A stretch of 34,097 bases of DNA from a virus (taxonomy: Duplodnaviria > Caudoviricetes), in the IMG/VR virus record IMGVR_UViG_3300010052_000166, positions 1 through 34,097 of that record; one strand, 5' to 3'. The translations under genes and the position numbers were made by a program. Within the stretch, counting starts at the first letter, position 1. Every line of letters starts with the position of its first letter. This document shows, piece by piece, positions 25,702-33,578 of the stretch. Under the pieces are notes generated by a model. It did not search any database and was not told where the DNA came from. It was given only the letters and a program-made list of their open reading frames with translations.

Positions 25702-25946
25702 TCAGCAGTTCCACGTATCGTCGACCGGCCGCCCCAGTTCCAGCACTTCCCGGCGGGCTGTCCGCCGCTGAACTGGTCTGGATCCATGATAGCGGAGCCG
25801 ATCGCCAACCCGATCACACAAGCCATCGCGGTAAGGCCGATCGCCGGCCACCAACGCCAGCTCTGAACATCATACCACGCGAATTCAATCCACCGCCTGA
25901 TCCGGCGGTTTCTCGATCTTGTCAGGGGGTCTCGAATGGCAACCAC
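25702..25946 (-). pseudogene. Antisense small membrane-protein gene, possibly frameshifted
   Basis: One TM helix (WWPAIGLTAMACVIGLAIGSAIM), then CWNWGGRS; a shifted frame reads DTWNC* with the stop at 25702-25704 abutting the neighbour's stop; no clear ATG. Confidence 0.4.
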
Positions 25947-27357
25947 GTTCGTCGACCAAATCAGCGGTTCTGGACCGGCGCCGTCGCCGGTTGATCCGAT
26001 TACGGGAGCGGGCGAGACAGTAGCCTACAAGGCTCCTTGCCGTCTAGCGACGACGGGGAATATCACCCTGACCGGACACCAGACGGTCGACGGCTCGATC
26101 ACGACAGATGCCGAGCCTCGCACTCTGGTGCGGTCTCAGACTGACCAATCCAAAAACGGCATCTACATCGCCAGCAGCGGCGCATGGCAGCGCGCGCGCG
26201 ACTTCGACAGCAACCGCGATGTGACCAAGGGCACGCGTGTCGTCGTGACCGGTGGCGCTACGCTCGCCGGCGTGGAATTTCAGGTCACGACAAGCAACCC
26301 GATCGACATCGGGACGAGCAACATCGTGTTTGAAACGGTGACTGCGGACTCGACAGCGCTGAATGCCACCAACAAAGCCAGCCCGGTCAATGCCGACCGT
26401 GTCTTCGGCTCCGACAGCGCAGCAAGTTTCGGGCTGGTCTATTACACGTGGACCCAGGTCAAGGTGTTCCTGAAGACCTACTTCGACACGCTCTACCAGC
26501 CGCTGCTTTCGACACTTACGAGCTGGGGCGCGATCGCTCGAGCATCTGGCGTCGACACGTTCATCGCTACGCCAAGCAGCGCGAACTTACGTGGCATGCT
26601 CACCGACGAAAGCGGCACGGGCGTTGCGCTGTTCGCCGGCACGCCGGGAACCAATATTGCCAACACGCCGGCGGGCAACATCGCCGCCACCACGGTTCAA
26701 GCGGCTATCAACGAACTCGATACCGAAAAGCAGCCTCTCAACAGCAACCTCACGACGCTCGCCGGCCTCACCGCGACCACAGACAATTTCATCGTGTCGG
26801 TGTCGAGCGCATGGGCTTCGCGAACAGTCGCCCAAGTTCTGACTCTCCTGGCGTCAGCGGGCACGACGTTCCAACCGCTGGCGGCGGCTCTCACGTCATG
26901 GGCGGGTATCACGCGCGCCTCTGGTCTCGACACGTTCGCGGCGACGCCTTCCAGCGCAAATCTTCGCGGGCTGCTCACCGACGAGACGGGCACTGGCGCC
27001 GCAGTCTTTGCCAACGCCCCAGCGATCACCGATCCGGTCATCACCGGCACAATCACCGAGGATGTCTACACCATCACGGACGGGGCGGCGTTTGCCATCG
27101 ATCCGCGCAACGGATCGGTCCAGCAAGTCACGCTCGGTGCCAGCCGCACGCCGGTGGCGGCGAACTGGGTATCCGGCGACAGCGTTCACCTCAAAGTCGC
27201 GGACGGCACCGCCTACACCATCACCTGGTCGACCATCGGCGTTGTGTGGGTCGGTGGCTCGGCTCCCACGCTGGCTACGTCCGGCTTCACGCACATCGTG
27301 CTTTGGCGAGATGGCTCGACCTACTACGGCAAATATGTCGGAGACACCGCATCATGA
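25936..27357 (+). CDS. Tail fibre protein
   Basis: N-terminal KAPCRLATTGNITLTGHQTVDG...NGIY..SSGAWQRARD; Thr/Ala/Ser-rich; internal repeats; C-terminal beta domain. Confidence 0.85.
   Translation: MATTFVDQISGSGPAPSPVDPITGAGETVAYKAPCRLATTGNITLTGHQTVDGSITTDAEPRTLVRSQTDQSKNGIYIASSGAWQRARDFDSNRDVTKGTRVVVTGGATLAGVEFQVTTSNPIDIGTSNIVFETVTADSTALNATNKASPVNADRVFGSDSAASFGLVYYTWTQVKVFLKTYFDTLYQPLLSTLTSWGAIARASGVDTFIATPSSANLRGMLTDESGTGVALFAGTPGTNIANTPAGNIAATTVQAAINELDTEKQPLNSNLTTLAGLTATTDNFIVSVSSAWASRTVAQVLTLLASAGTTFQPLAAALTSWAGITRASGLDTFAATPSSANLRGLLTDETGTGAAVFANAPAITDPVITGTITEDVYTITDGAAFAIDPRNGSVQQVTLGASRTPVAANWVSGDSVHLKVADGTAYTITWSTIGVVWVGGSAPTLATSGFTHIVLWRDGSTYYGKYVGDTAS
26494..27012 (+). repeat. Two 48-codon internal repeats in the tail fibre (26494-26637, 26869-27012)
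   Basis: YQPLLSTLTSW...TPSSANLRGMLTDESGTGVALFA vs FQPLAAALTSW...TPSSANLRGLLTDETGTGAAVFA. Confidence 0.9.
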
Positions 27358-27794
27358 GCCTCATTCGTACGGAGAAGGGCGCACTCAAGCAGTGGCCCTA
27401 CGCCTATGCCGAACTGCGCGCAGCACATCCAGACACCTCATTTCCTCGCGAGCCATCGGCCGAACTGCTTGCTGAATATGGCGTCTATGAGGTCGCGCCG
27501 ACGCAGCCGAACCCCGGCCCGGATAAGATCGCTGTCGAGGCTCCGCCCGAACTTGTCAAAGGCGTCTGGACGCAACAGTGGACCGAGGCCGATGCACCAC
27601 GTCGGACGATCCCCAAATGGCTTGTCGTCGAGCGTTTGACGGATGCGCAGTTGGAAGCCGCCATCGGCATGCTTTCTCTTCGCCAGAGCGAGCGGTGGCG
27701 GGCATCGGCGTTCCCGGAAATCTATGCCGACGATCCCGAAATGATCGTTGTCTTGACGGCGATAGGGGCCGACCCCAAGGCAATCCTATCGTGA
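27354..27794 (+). CDS. Putative tail fibre assembly/associated protein
   Basis: ATGA overlap with the fibre gene; WPY...LR..HP.TSFP...LAEYGVY and W.QQW pattern. Confidence 0.7.
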   Translation: MSLIRTEKGALKQWPYAYAELRAAHPDTSFPREPSAELLAEYGVYEVAPTQPNPGPDKIAVEAPPELVKGVWTQQWTEADAPRRTIPKWLVVERLTDAQLEAAIGMLSLRQSERWRASAFPEIYADDPEMIVVLTAIGADPKAILS

Positions 27795-28429
27795 GCCTTG
27801 CTCGCAAGAATTTGCGAGGTGCCACAGCCGGTGGCGGCTATGACGCGCCCGGCTCGCAATCCTTCACGACAGCGGGCGCTGACAGCTTCGTCGTTCCGAA
27901 CTACTCGACTTCACTCATTGTCACCCTTTGGGGTGGCGGCGGCGCAGGCGGATCGAATGGCAGCGGCACGGGCGGATCTGGCGGCGCTTCAACGTGTACG
28001 GGCAGTCTTTCAGCGGGCGGCGGCGCAGGCGGCGTCGGCATCGGGGGTTCGCGCAGTGGTGGATCGGGCGGAACTGCTTCGGGCGGCGCTACCAACACCA
28101 CTGGTCAGAGCGGGTCTAACGGGGGTACTGTCGGGGGCAAGGGCGGTGACGCTCCCAGTGGTGGGGCCGGAGGAGCCCAGCAGAACAGCAATACCACAGC
28201 CGGTAATCCCGGTAATGCGCCCGGCGGCGGCGGCGGCGGCGCTAAAGACAACCCCAACGGTGCCGGTGGCGGCGGCTCCGGGGCGCGTTGCGTAAAGACG
28301 TATGCCTTTGGGGCGCTCACTCCCGGCTCCACTCTCACGCTTGCTATTGGTGCGGGCGGGACGCCTGTCTCTAATAGCCCGAACGGCGGTGCCGGTGCTC
28401 GCGGGCAGATTGACATCAGCTGGACCTAG
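27791..28429 (+). CDS. Glycine-rich tail-associated protein
   Basis: GTG 27791 overlaps the upstream stop; FTTAG..FVVP, LWGGGGAGG...GARGQIDISW glycine-rich domain. Confidence 0.78.
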   Translation: MSLARKNLRGATAGGGYDAPGSQSFTTAGADSFVVPNYSTSLIVTLWGGGGAGGSNGSGTGGSGGASTCTGSLSAGGGAGGVGIGGSRSGGSGGTASGGATNTTGQSGSNGGTVGGKGGDAPSGGAGGAQQNSNTTAGNPGNAPGGGGGGAKDNPNGAGGGGSGARCVKTYAFGALTPGSTLTLAIGAGGTPVSNSPNGGAGARGQIDISWT

Positions 28430-28439
28430 CTAATGGTAG

Positions 28440-29210
28440 TCACGAATTTGTAGCCCGACCAAGTTGGCCGTCGTTTACCACCCAAATGTCAAATTGGTTT
28501 CCCCACCCGGAAATGAACAGCCCGCCATCCTCTATGGTCCCGACGACGGCGGCAACGATCTCGGAATTCTGTTCTGGCGTAAAATCGGGGCCAAGAAGGT
28601 TCAATACTCGCACTACATCGTAGCGATCCGGCCCGAGGCGAAAGATATCTTCTCTTCCGAGGGTAAACCGTGGATTTTTCCCAGCTAGTTTTATGGCATT
28701 GGGATGGAACAAGCTTATGCGTTCGGCCTTAGGCAACATCGCCGCTGCCCTAACCCAAAGGGAGGCTGCAAGTCGCTCCACCAGGCGGTTCGTTGCTGGC
28801 ACAGCCAAGACCCCGAAGGCGATTTGTAGCCGATTTCCATCTACGTCAAAGATCAAATCCATACCGTGTAGTCGGACGCTCAAAACGGCGTCGTAGTAGT
28901 CTGATGCATACATGTTCACTGATCGCACGTCGCTGATCTTCTCGAATAGTTCAACTGATGTAACGGCGCTCGACGCGGCGATGTCGTGGACCCGGATCGT
29001 CTTGTTTTGTGGGAATCGACGATCAATCTCTTGAACTATTGCGCAGTCCAGTTGCTCGAACCGGCCAGCGAATGTGTATTTGAGCTTTCGACCCGCTGGC
29101 ATTCGGCTGAACATCCGATTTCGGCGGCGTTCCGGGAAATCTGCCCGCAATAGCGTGTAGGCGGGTTCGAATAAGCCGAGCTTGGTGCGAAGTCTTTGAA
29201 GCAGACGCAT
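28440..29210 (-). CDS. Moron: class I SAM-dependent methyltransferase-like protein (CheR-like fold)
   Basis: RVHDIAASSAVTSVEL (motif I-like), MYASD, EDIF, YDVVRVLNLL, IEDGGLFISG; more AT-rich; antisense; start uncertain. Confidence 0.65.
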   Translation of the reverse strand: MRLLQRLRTKLGLFEPAYTLLRADFPERRRNRMFSRMPAGRKLKYTFAGRFEQLDCAIVQEIDRRFPQNKTIRVHDIAASSAVTSVELFEKISDVRSVNMYASDYYDAVLSVRLHGMDLIFDVDGNRLQIAFGVLAVPATNRLVERLAASLWVRAAAMLPKAERISLFHPNAIKLAGKNPRFTLGREDIFRLGPDRYDVVRVLNLLGPDFTPEQNSEIVAAVVGTIEDGGLFISGWGNQFDIWVVNDGQLGRATNS

Positions 29211-29269
29211 GAGGCTGCTTAGCACGACACCGCCACGCCATCCATTCCCCACATCCGAAAGGAAACGCC

Positions 29270-29464
29270 GTGTCTCAGACACCCACCAAACTGCAGGTCA
29301 ATGCGCTCACCGACGCCATGGTGCGCGGCGGAGTGCTGACGAACAAGGACGGCAAGTGGAAGGTCGGCCGCAAGGTTTTCAGCCAGGCCATCGTCGATGC
29401 GGCTAAGGCGCGGATCAACCTCGTCGAGGGCCAAGACGGCGCCTATCGCTTCAAGCCGGCCTGA
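29270..29464 (+). CDS. Small basic hypothetical protein
   Basis: 64 aa; GTG after AAGGA; phage-like codon usage. Confidence 0.65.
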   Translation: MSQTPTKLQVNALTDAMVRGGVLTNKDGKWKVGRKVFSQAIVDAAKARINLVEGQDGAYRFKPA

Positions 29465-29498
29465 TCGCCGCACCCTTCCCCACCCGAGAGGAACTTCC

Positions 29499-30173
29499 AT
29501 GACCGTGCTCGCTCTCCAGCGGCGCCTGACGGCGCTTGGCTTTGACACTGGCGGCATCGACGGCGCGATCGGCCCGGCGACGCTGGCAGCCATCAACGAG
29601 GCGCTGAACCGGCTTCCCGGCGCTCCGCTCGCGCCGCAGTCGCTGCCGCCTGCCGGCGTCGTGCCGCTCGACTGGATGCCCTGGGCGGCAATGACGCGGA
29701 TCATCTTCCATTGGACTGCGGGCCAGTACGCTGCCAGCAAAGATGACAGGAAGCATTATCACATTCTGGTCGAGGGCGACGGCAAGCTCGTGCGAGGCAT
29801 CCCGACGATCGATCTCAACGATGCGCCGATCAAACCCGGCTATGCGGTGCACACGTTGAACTGCAACGGTGACGCGATCGGCACGTCGATGTGCGGCATG
29901 GCCGGGGCCGTAGAAAGCCCTCTGGCCGTCGGCAAGGCACCGTTGACCGAAGAGCAATGGAATCGGCTGGTGAGCGTCCACGTCGCGCTCTGCCGGCGCT
30001 ACACGATCAACGTCTCGCGCAAGTCGCTGCTCTCCCATGCCGAAGTCCAGGAGACGCTCGGCATCAAGCAGCGCGGCAAATGGGACGTTGCTGTTCTCCC
30101 CTTCGACCGCTCGATCAAGGGCGCTCGTGCCATCGGCGACCGCATGCGCGCGGAAGTCGCCGCTCGTCTCTGA
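29499..30173 (+). CDS. Endolysin: peptidoglycan-binding domain + N-acetylmuramoyl-L-alanine amidase (Amidase_2)
   Basis: LQRRLTALGFDTGGIDGAIGPAT; IIFHWTAG, YHILV, HTLNCN..AIG, LSHAEV, GKWD. Confidence 0.9.
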   Translation: MTVLALQRRLTALGFDTGGIDGAIGPATLAAINEALNRLPGAPLAPQSLPPAGVVPLDWMPWAAMTRIIFHWTAGQYAASKDDRKHYHILVEGDGKLVRGIPTIDLNDAPIKPGYAVHTLNCNGDAIGTSMCGMAGAVESPLAVGKAPLTEEQWNRLVSVHVALCRRYTINVSRKSLLSHAEVQETLGIKQRGKWDVAVLPFDRSIKGARAIGDRMRAEVAARL

Positions 30174-30200
30174 CCCGCGCATCCCAAAGGAACTGAACCC

Positions 30201-30419
30201 ATGAATACGAATGCAATCCACAACATCCTGAACCTGATCGGTCTCGTCATCGGCGCGCTGGTGACGTTCGACTGGGCAGGCCTCGGCCTGTCGCCGGAAT
30301 CGGCCGCGTTGCTCGCCGGCTGGGTGCTGGTGGCCGACAAGGTCATCAAGCTCGCCATGAACATCGTGCGCGACGGCATCGGCGGTCTCTTCAAAGCCCA
30401 GCCTCCGGTCCAGACCTGA
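30201..30419 (+). CDS. Holin-like membrane protein
   Basis: 72 aa; two hydrophobic helices; directly after the endolysin. Confidence 0.6.
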   Translation: MNTNAIHNILNLIGLVIGALVTFDWAGLGLSPESAALLAGWVLVADKVIKLAMNIVRDGIGGLFKAQPPVQT

Positions 30420-30640
30420 TGTCCCTCGAAGCATGGGGTGCCCTGATCGTAGCGCTCGGGATCGCCTTCCTCGCCGTGTTCGTCGCTGGTCGCCAATCCA
30501 AGGCCAGCGACGTTCGCGCGAAGGAAGCCGAAGACCGGGTTGAAGCCATCAACGACAAGAAGGAAATCGACAATGAGGTTGCTGGCCTTGATCCTGGCTC
30601 TCTCGACAAGCGCTTTGATCGCTGGATGCGTGACCGGTGA
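30419..30640 (+). CDS. Inner-membrane spanin (Rz-like)
   Basis: N-terminal TM helix followed by a charged helical domain; overlapped by a lipoprotein gene. Confidence 0.72.
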   Translation: MSLEAWGALIVALGIAFLAVFVAGRQSKASDVRAKEAEDRVEAINDKKEIDNEVAGLDPGSLDKRFDRWMRDR

Positions 30641-30761
30641 TTTCTGCGACGTGTCCAGCGCCTACCGCCCGGCAAAGGGCGAAGTCTATTCGGCCCGCAA
30701 CAAGCGCTGGGTCGTTTCCCACAACGAGTACGGCGAAGCGAAATGCGGATGGGCGCCATGA
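30573..30761 (+). CDS. Outer-membrane spanin lipoprotein (Rz1-like)
   Basis: MRLLALILALSTSALIAG-C lipobox; starts inside the i-spanin gene in a shifted frame. Confidence 0.75.
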   Translation: MRLLALILALSTSALIAGCVTGDFCDVSSAYRPAKGEVYSARNKRWVVSHNEYGEAKCGWAP

Positions 30762-31075
30762 GCGGGATACTCGAATATCTCGGGCTCAAGGGGTCCGTGG
30801 TGGCGGCCGGCCTTGCTGGCGGCGTCCTGCGCGCGCTCTCCCGGCAACGCTACAAGATGCGGGAAATGTTCGCGTCGCCGATCTGTGGAGCGCTTGCCGC
30901 CGGCTACCTGACCGACCCGACGCTGCACTACGTCCGCGCGATCGGCTTCTCGGTGCATCCGGCCGACCAAGTCGCAACCAATGCCGCTGCATTCTGCATC
31001 GGGGCCTGCGCTATGTGGATTTCGGATATTCTGCTGGAGCAGGTGGTGCGGTATTTCAGGCCTGCCCGAGAATGA
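30758..31075 (+). CDS. Membrane protein, second holin-like candidate
   Basis: About three hydrophobic segments; ATGA overlap with the o-spanin. Confidence 0.65.
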   Translation: MSGILEYLGLKGSVVAAGLAGGVLRALSRQRYKMREMFASPICGALAAGYLTDPTLHYVRAIGFSVHPADQVATNAAAFCIGACAMWISDILLEQVVRYFRPARE

Positions 31076-31176
31076 AAAACTCGCATCGCGTTTCGCGAGT
31101 ATCTAATATACTCAAAGGCGCTGGCGAAAATTTGCATCGCAAAATACAGTAGTCCCGCTTAACATAGGGGGTCTAC

Positions 31177-31737
31177 ATGACCAAGAAAAGCTTATTTGCA
31201 CTGACACTTATGTCTGTACTTGCGCTTGGGCCTGGGTCGCAGGTCGCGCGAGCGGAGCAAACGTTCTCTCCAGCAGGTGATAGCCAATGCATTGAAAATA
31301 AGGTCCGCGAAATGTTGAAGCGCGGAATGGTCGATGAGGCGGTCAGGCTCAATCCACAGGCGGGAGCCGGCGTGTTTTACCTTCCGGGTGTCGCAGCTTG
31401 TAACGCTCACGACTCGACTTGGCCGAGTGCCGGTCCGCCGCGTCTTGTCCGAGCATACTGGGAAAGGCAGGCGCAGATCGGTCAGACCGCTTCCTGTCCT
31501 AAGCCATTTGGGTCCGTGAACGTGAGAGGCTACAACGCTAGAACGGGCTGCAGACCGATAGCAGGAGAGACCTCAGCATGCGCAATCGCAGCGTACACTG
31601 CTGACGAAGAGACCAGTCCGCATGATGTCCAAGTTCCGCTGCAGAATGGAATTGTGGACGTAGATTTCTACGAATTTGCCAAGTTCCATATGACGGTGAA
31701 CCGTGACCTGTACCCAGAGGTCAGCGACTGCTTCTAA
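31177..31737 (+). CDS. Moron: secreted protein
   Basis: Signal peptide MTKKSLFALTLMSVLALG...ARA-E; 6 Cys; AT-rich upstream region; GGGGG SD. Confidence 0.75.
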   Translation: MTKKSLFALTLMSVLALGPGSQVARAEQTFSPAGDSQCIENKVREMLKRGMVDEAVRLNPQAGAGVFYLPGVAACNAHDSTWPSAGPPRLVRAYWERQAQIGQTASCPKPFGSVNVRGYNARTGCRPIAGETSACAIAAYTADEETSPHDVQVPLQNGIVDVDFYEFAKFHMTVNRDLYPEVSDCF

Positions 31738-31758
31738 GTCAGCTTGGACCAACCAACC

Positions 31759-31786
31759 GCTCGTCCGGTCCATCGTCCGGGCGGGC
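31759..31786. terminator. GC-rich hairpin after the moron, possible terminator
   Basis: GCTCGTCCGG-loop-CCGGGCGGGC; poor U-tract. Confidence 0.35.
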
Positions 31787-31879
31787 ATTGGTTCTCACTC
31801 CTTGACGGCTAGCTACACTTGCCGGAAGATATTCCTATTGGGACGTAGCTGAGACCTCGGGGATTCGAGGAGCCGCGCT

Positions 31880-32119
31880 ATGGAGCTGGGCTGGCGAAAG
31901 ACCTGGGACGACCAGGACGACGACTTCGTTTATTGCGACGACACAGGCCGGACGATCGGTCGCGTCTACATCCACAGCACAGGTGGCATCAACGGCGGCC
32001 AATGGCGGTGGTTCTTGGGTGGTACCTCAGGTTTTGTCCCTAGCCGCCGGGAAGCGCTGCTGGCGGTTGAGTTGGCGTACGAGGGGCGTCCCACGCCATC
32101 CACATCAACGCTCGCCTAG
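31880..32119 (+). CDS. Hypothetical Trp-rich protein
   Basis: GAGGAG SD; WRKTW...DDF...IGRVY...WRWF. Confidence 0.7.
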   Translation: MELGWRKTWDDQDDDFVYCDDTGRTIGRVYIHSTGGINGGQWRWFLGGTSGFVPSRREALLAVELAYEGRPTPSTSTLA

Positions 32120-32210
32120 CCTGTGGTTATCGGGCATCTCCGATCATCAACCTACCCCTGCGTCACCTTCTGGCTTCAACTCTCTATGCGGGGGGCTGAA
32201 AGGGCTGACG

Positions 32211-32846
32211 ATGCACGGATCTGCGAAACGCAAGCAAAACACCGAAGAATTCAAGGCCAAGCGTCGCGAATATATGCGCCGCTGGATGTTGAAGAAGAAT
32301 GCCTCGCCGGAATGGAGGCGGCGCCACCTAGAACGCAAGCGCATTGCTGCCGCCCAAGAGCGGGACGACCCCGAGAGAAATGCCAGGTTGATAGCGAAGG
32401 CTGCTCAGCTATTCGAGGAGATCAAGTCGTCGCCCGAGCGGAAAAAGCAGTATGATGCCCACAACAACGCCTACAATCGCGCCAGGCTTGCCGCAATGAC
32501 GGACCTCCAGAAGGCCCAGTATCGAGCGAAAGCAAAGCTGCACAAAGCTCGCCGCCGATCGAAAGCCACAATGCATGCAAAGCCTGATACGATCATGGGT
32601 GCCATATCGAAAGCTGTGCCGCAAACTTTGCCGCAGCACGTTCGCGATGACTTGATCGGGAACCTCTGCTTGGCTGTTCTGGAGGGCAAGCTGCTGATCG
32701 AAAATATCAAGGCCGAAGCGGGCAAGTACCTGAAGGCCTTCAACCGCGAGTCCGAGACCTTCAAGACACTGTCGCTCGATGCGGAAATTTCGGGCACGAA
32801 AACCCGCTACATCGACAACATTGCGTCCGACGCAGAGCATTTCTGA
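32211..32846 (+). CDS. Basic hypothetical protein with sigma-factor-like C-terminal fragment
   Basis: ATG 32211 after AAGGG; Arg/Lys-rich helical N-terminus; RDDLIGNLCLAVLEG...LSLDAEI. Confidence 0.65.
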   Translation: MHGSAKRKQNTEEFKAKRREYMRRWMLKKNASPEWRRRHLERKRIAAAQERDDPERNARLIAKAAQLFEEIKSSPERKKQYDAHNNAYNRARLAAMTDLQKAQYRAKAKLHKARRRSKATMHAKPDTIMGAISKAVPQTLPQHVRDDLIGNLCLAVLEGKLLIENIKAEAGKYLKAFNRESETFKTLSLDAEISGTKTRYIDNIASDAEHF

Positions 32847-33202
32847 ACGTAGCGCCTCTGCTTCCAATCATACACGACGCCGGCCGGGACCTGAAAAGCC
32901 CGCGCCGGCTTTTTCTTTGCGCCGGCCTGGGCCATGCGCTTCGCCTTGGCGATTGCGGGGATGTCGCGCTTTGCCGTCTTCTCCCTGCCGCAGTCGACGT
33001 GCGACGGGCCGCAGTTCGGGTTGGTGTCCGGACCTAGAAGTCCGAGCGCACGCTTATGCTCGATCATCCACTCGTCGTCGAGGCGGTGGATCGGCCGGCT
33101 GCAGTTGTAGCAGGGCGCCACGTTATGCGCGGTGCAGTTCTCGGAGAAAATATGCTGCCGGCGCTTCTCGGACATCCGGCCACGTGGGGTGGGCGCTATC
33201 AT
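32807..33202 (-). CDS. HNH endonuclease-like protein
   Basis: CYNC...WMIEHKRALGLLGPD..PNC...HVDC..KT..DIPAIAKAKR; ATGA overlap with the XRE gene. Confidence 0.8.
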   Translation of the reverse strand: MIAPTPRGRMSEKRRQHIFSENCTAHNVAPCYNCSRPIHRLDDEWMIEHKRALGLLGPDTNPNCGPSHVDCGREKTAKRDIPAIAKAKRMAQAGAKKKPARAFQVPAGVVYDWKQRRYVQKCSASDAMLSM

Positions 33203-33453
33203 TTCTGATCCCGAAAGCGCACGCCAAGTCCACCGATCGATGTCTGGCCATCCTCGAGAAGATCGACACCAGCCGCACGAAATGCCTCGCGCAGCTTGTC
33301 CATGGTGTCCAGCCGGCCACGAACGACGCTCTCGTTGAACCCTTCGAAGTTTCGAACGGTGTTGACGCCGACATCGGCGGCTTTCGCCAGCTCTTCCTGG
33401 TTCATCCCAGCCAAGCCGCGTGCGGCTTTGATTTGGTTCCCTGTCACCGGCAT
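33199..33453 (-). CDS. XRE-family HTH regulator
   Basis: QIKAARGLAGMNQEELAKAADVGVNTVRNFE; AAAGGA SD. Confidence 0.92.
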   Translation of the reverse strand: MPVTGNQIKAARGLAGMNQEELAKAADVGVNTVRNFEGFNESVVRGRLDTMDKLREAFRAAGVDLLEDGQTSIGGLGVRFRDQK

Positions 33454-33493
33454 TTGGTCCTTTGAAATCCCTTCTTGGGTTTTTTACACAGAT

Positions 33494-33526
33494 TATGCTT
33501 GACGGCAAGTGGCAACCAAGCATATG
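33494..33526 (+). promoter_or_regulatory. Promoter with overlapping operator-like inverted repeat
   Basis: CTTGAC-N17-CATATG; inverted repeat TATGCTTG (33494-33501) / CAAGCATA (33517-33524). Confidence 0.6.
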
Positions 33527-33578
33527 GTTAAATTCCCCAAAATAAAGGGTGCCAGAAACCATTACCGGAGACAAGACG

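Noticed and set aside
26494-27012. Diversity-generating retroelement TR/VR pair (virion module is BPP-1-like)
   Set aside because: Both repeats are in-frame within one gene, differences are not adenine-specific, and no reverse transcriptase is present.
26448-27353. N-terminal ~300 aa of the 448-aa ORF
   Set aside because: Out-of-frame overlap with the tail fibre; the likely start is ATG 27354.
32894-32918. Terminator AAAAGCC-N6-GGCTTTTT
   Set aside because: Only three G-C pairs and inside the HNH coding sequence; too weak to call.
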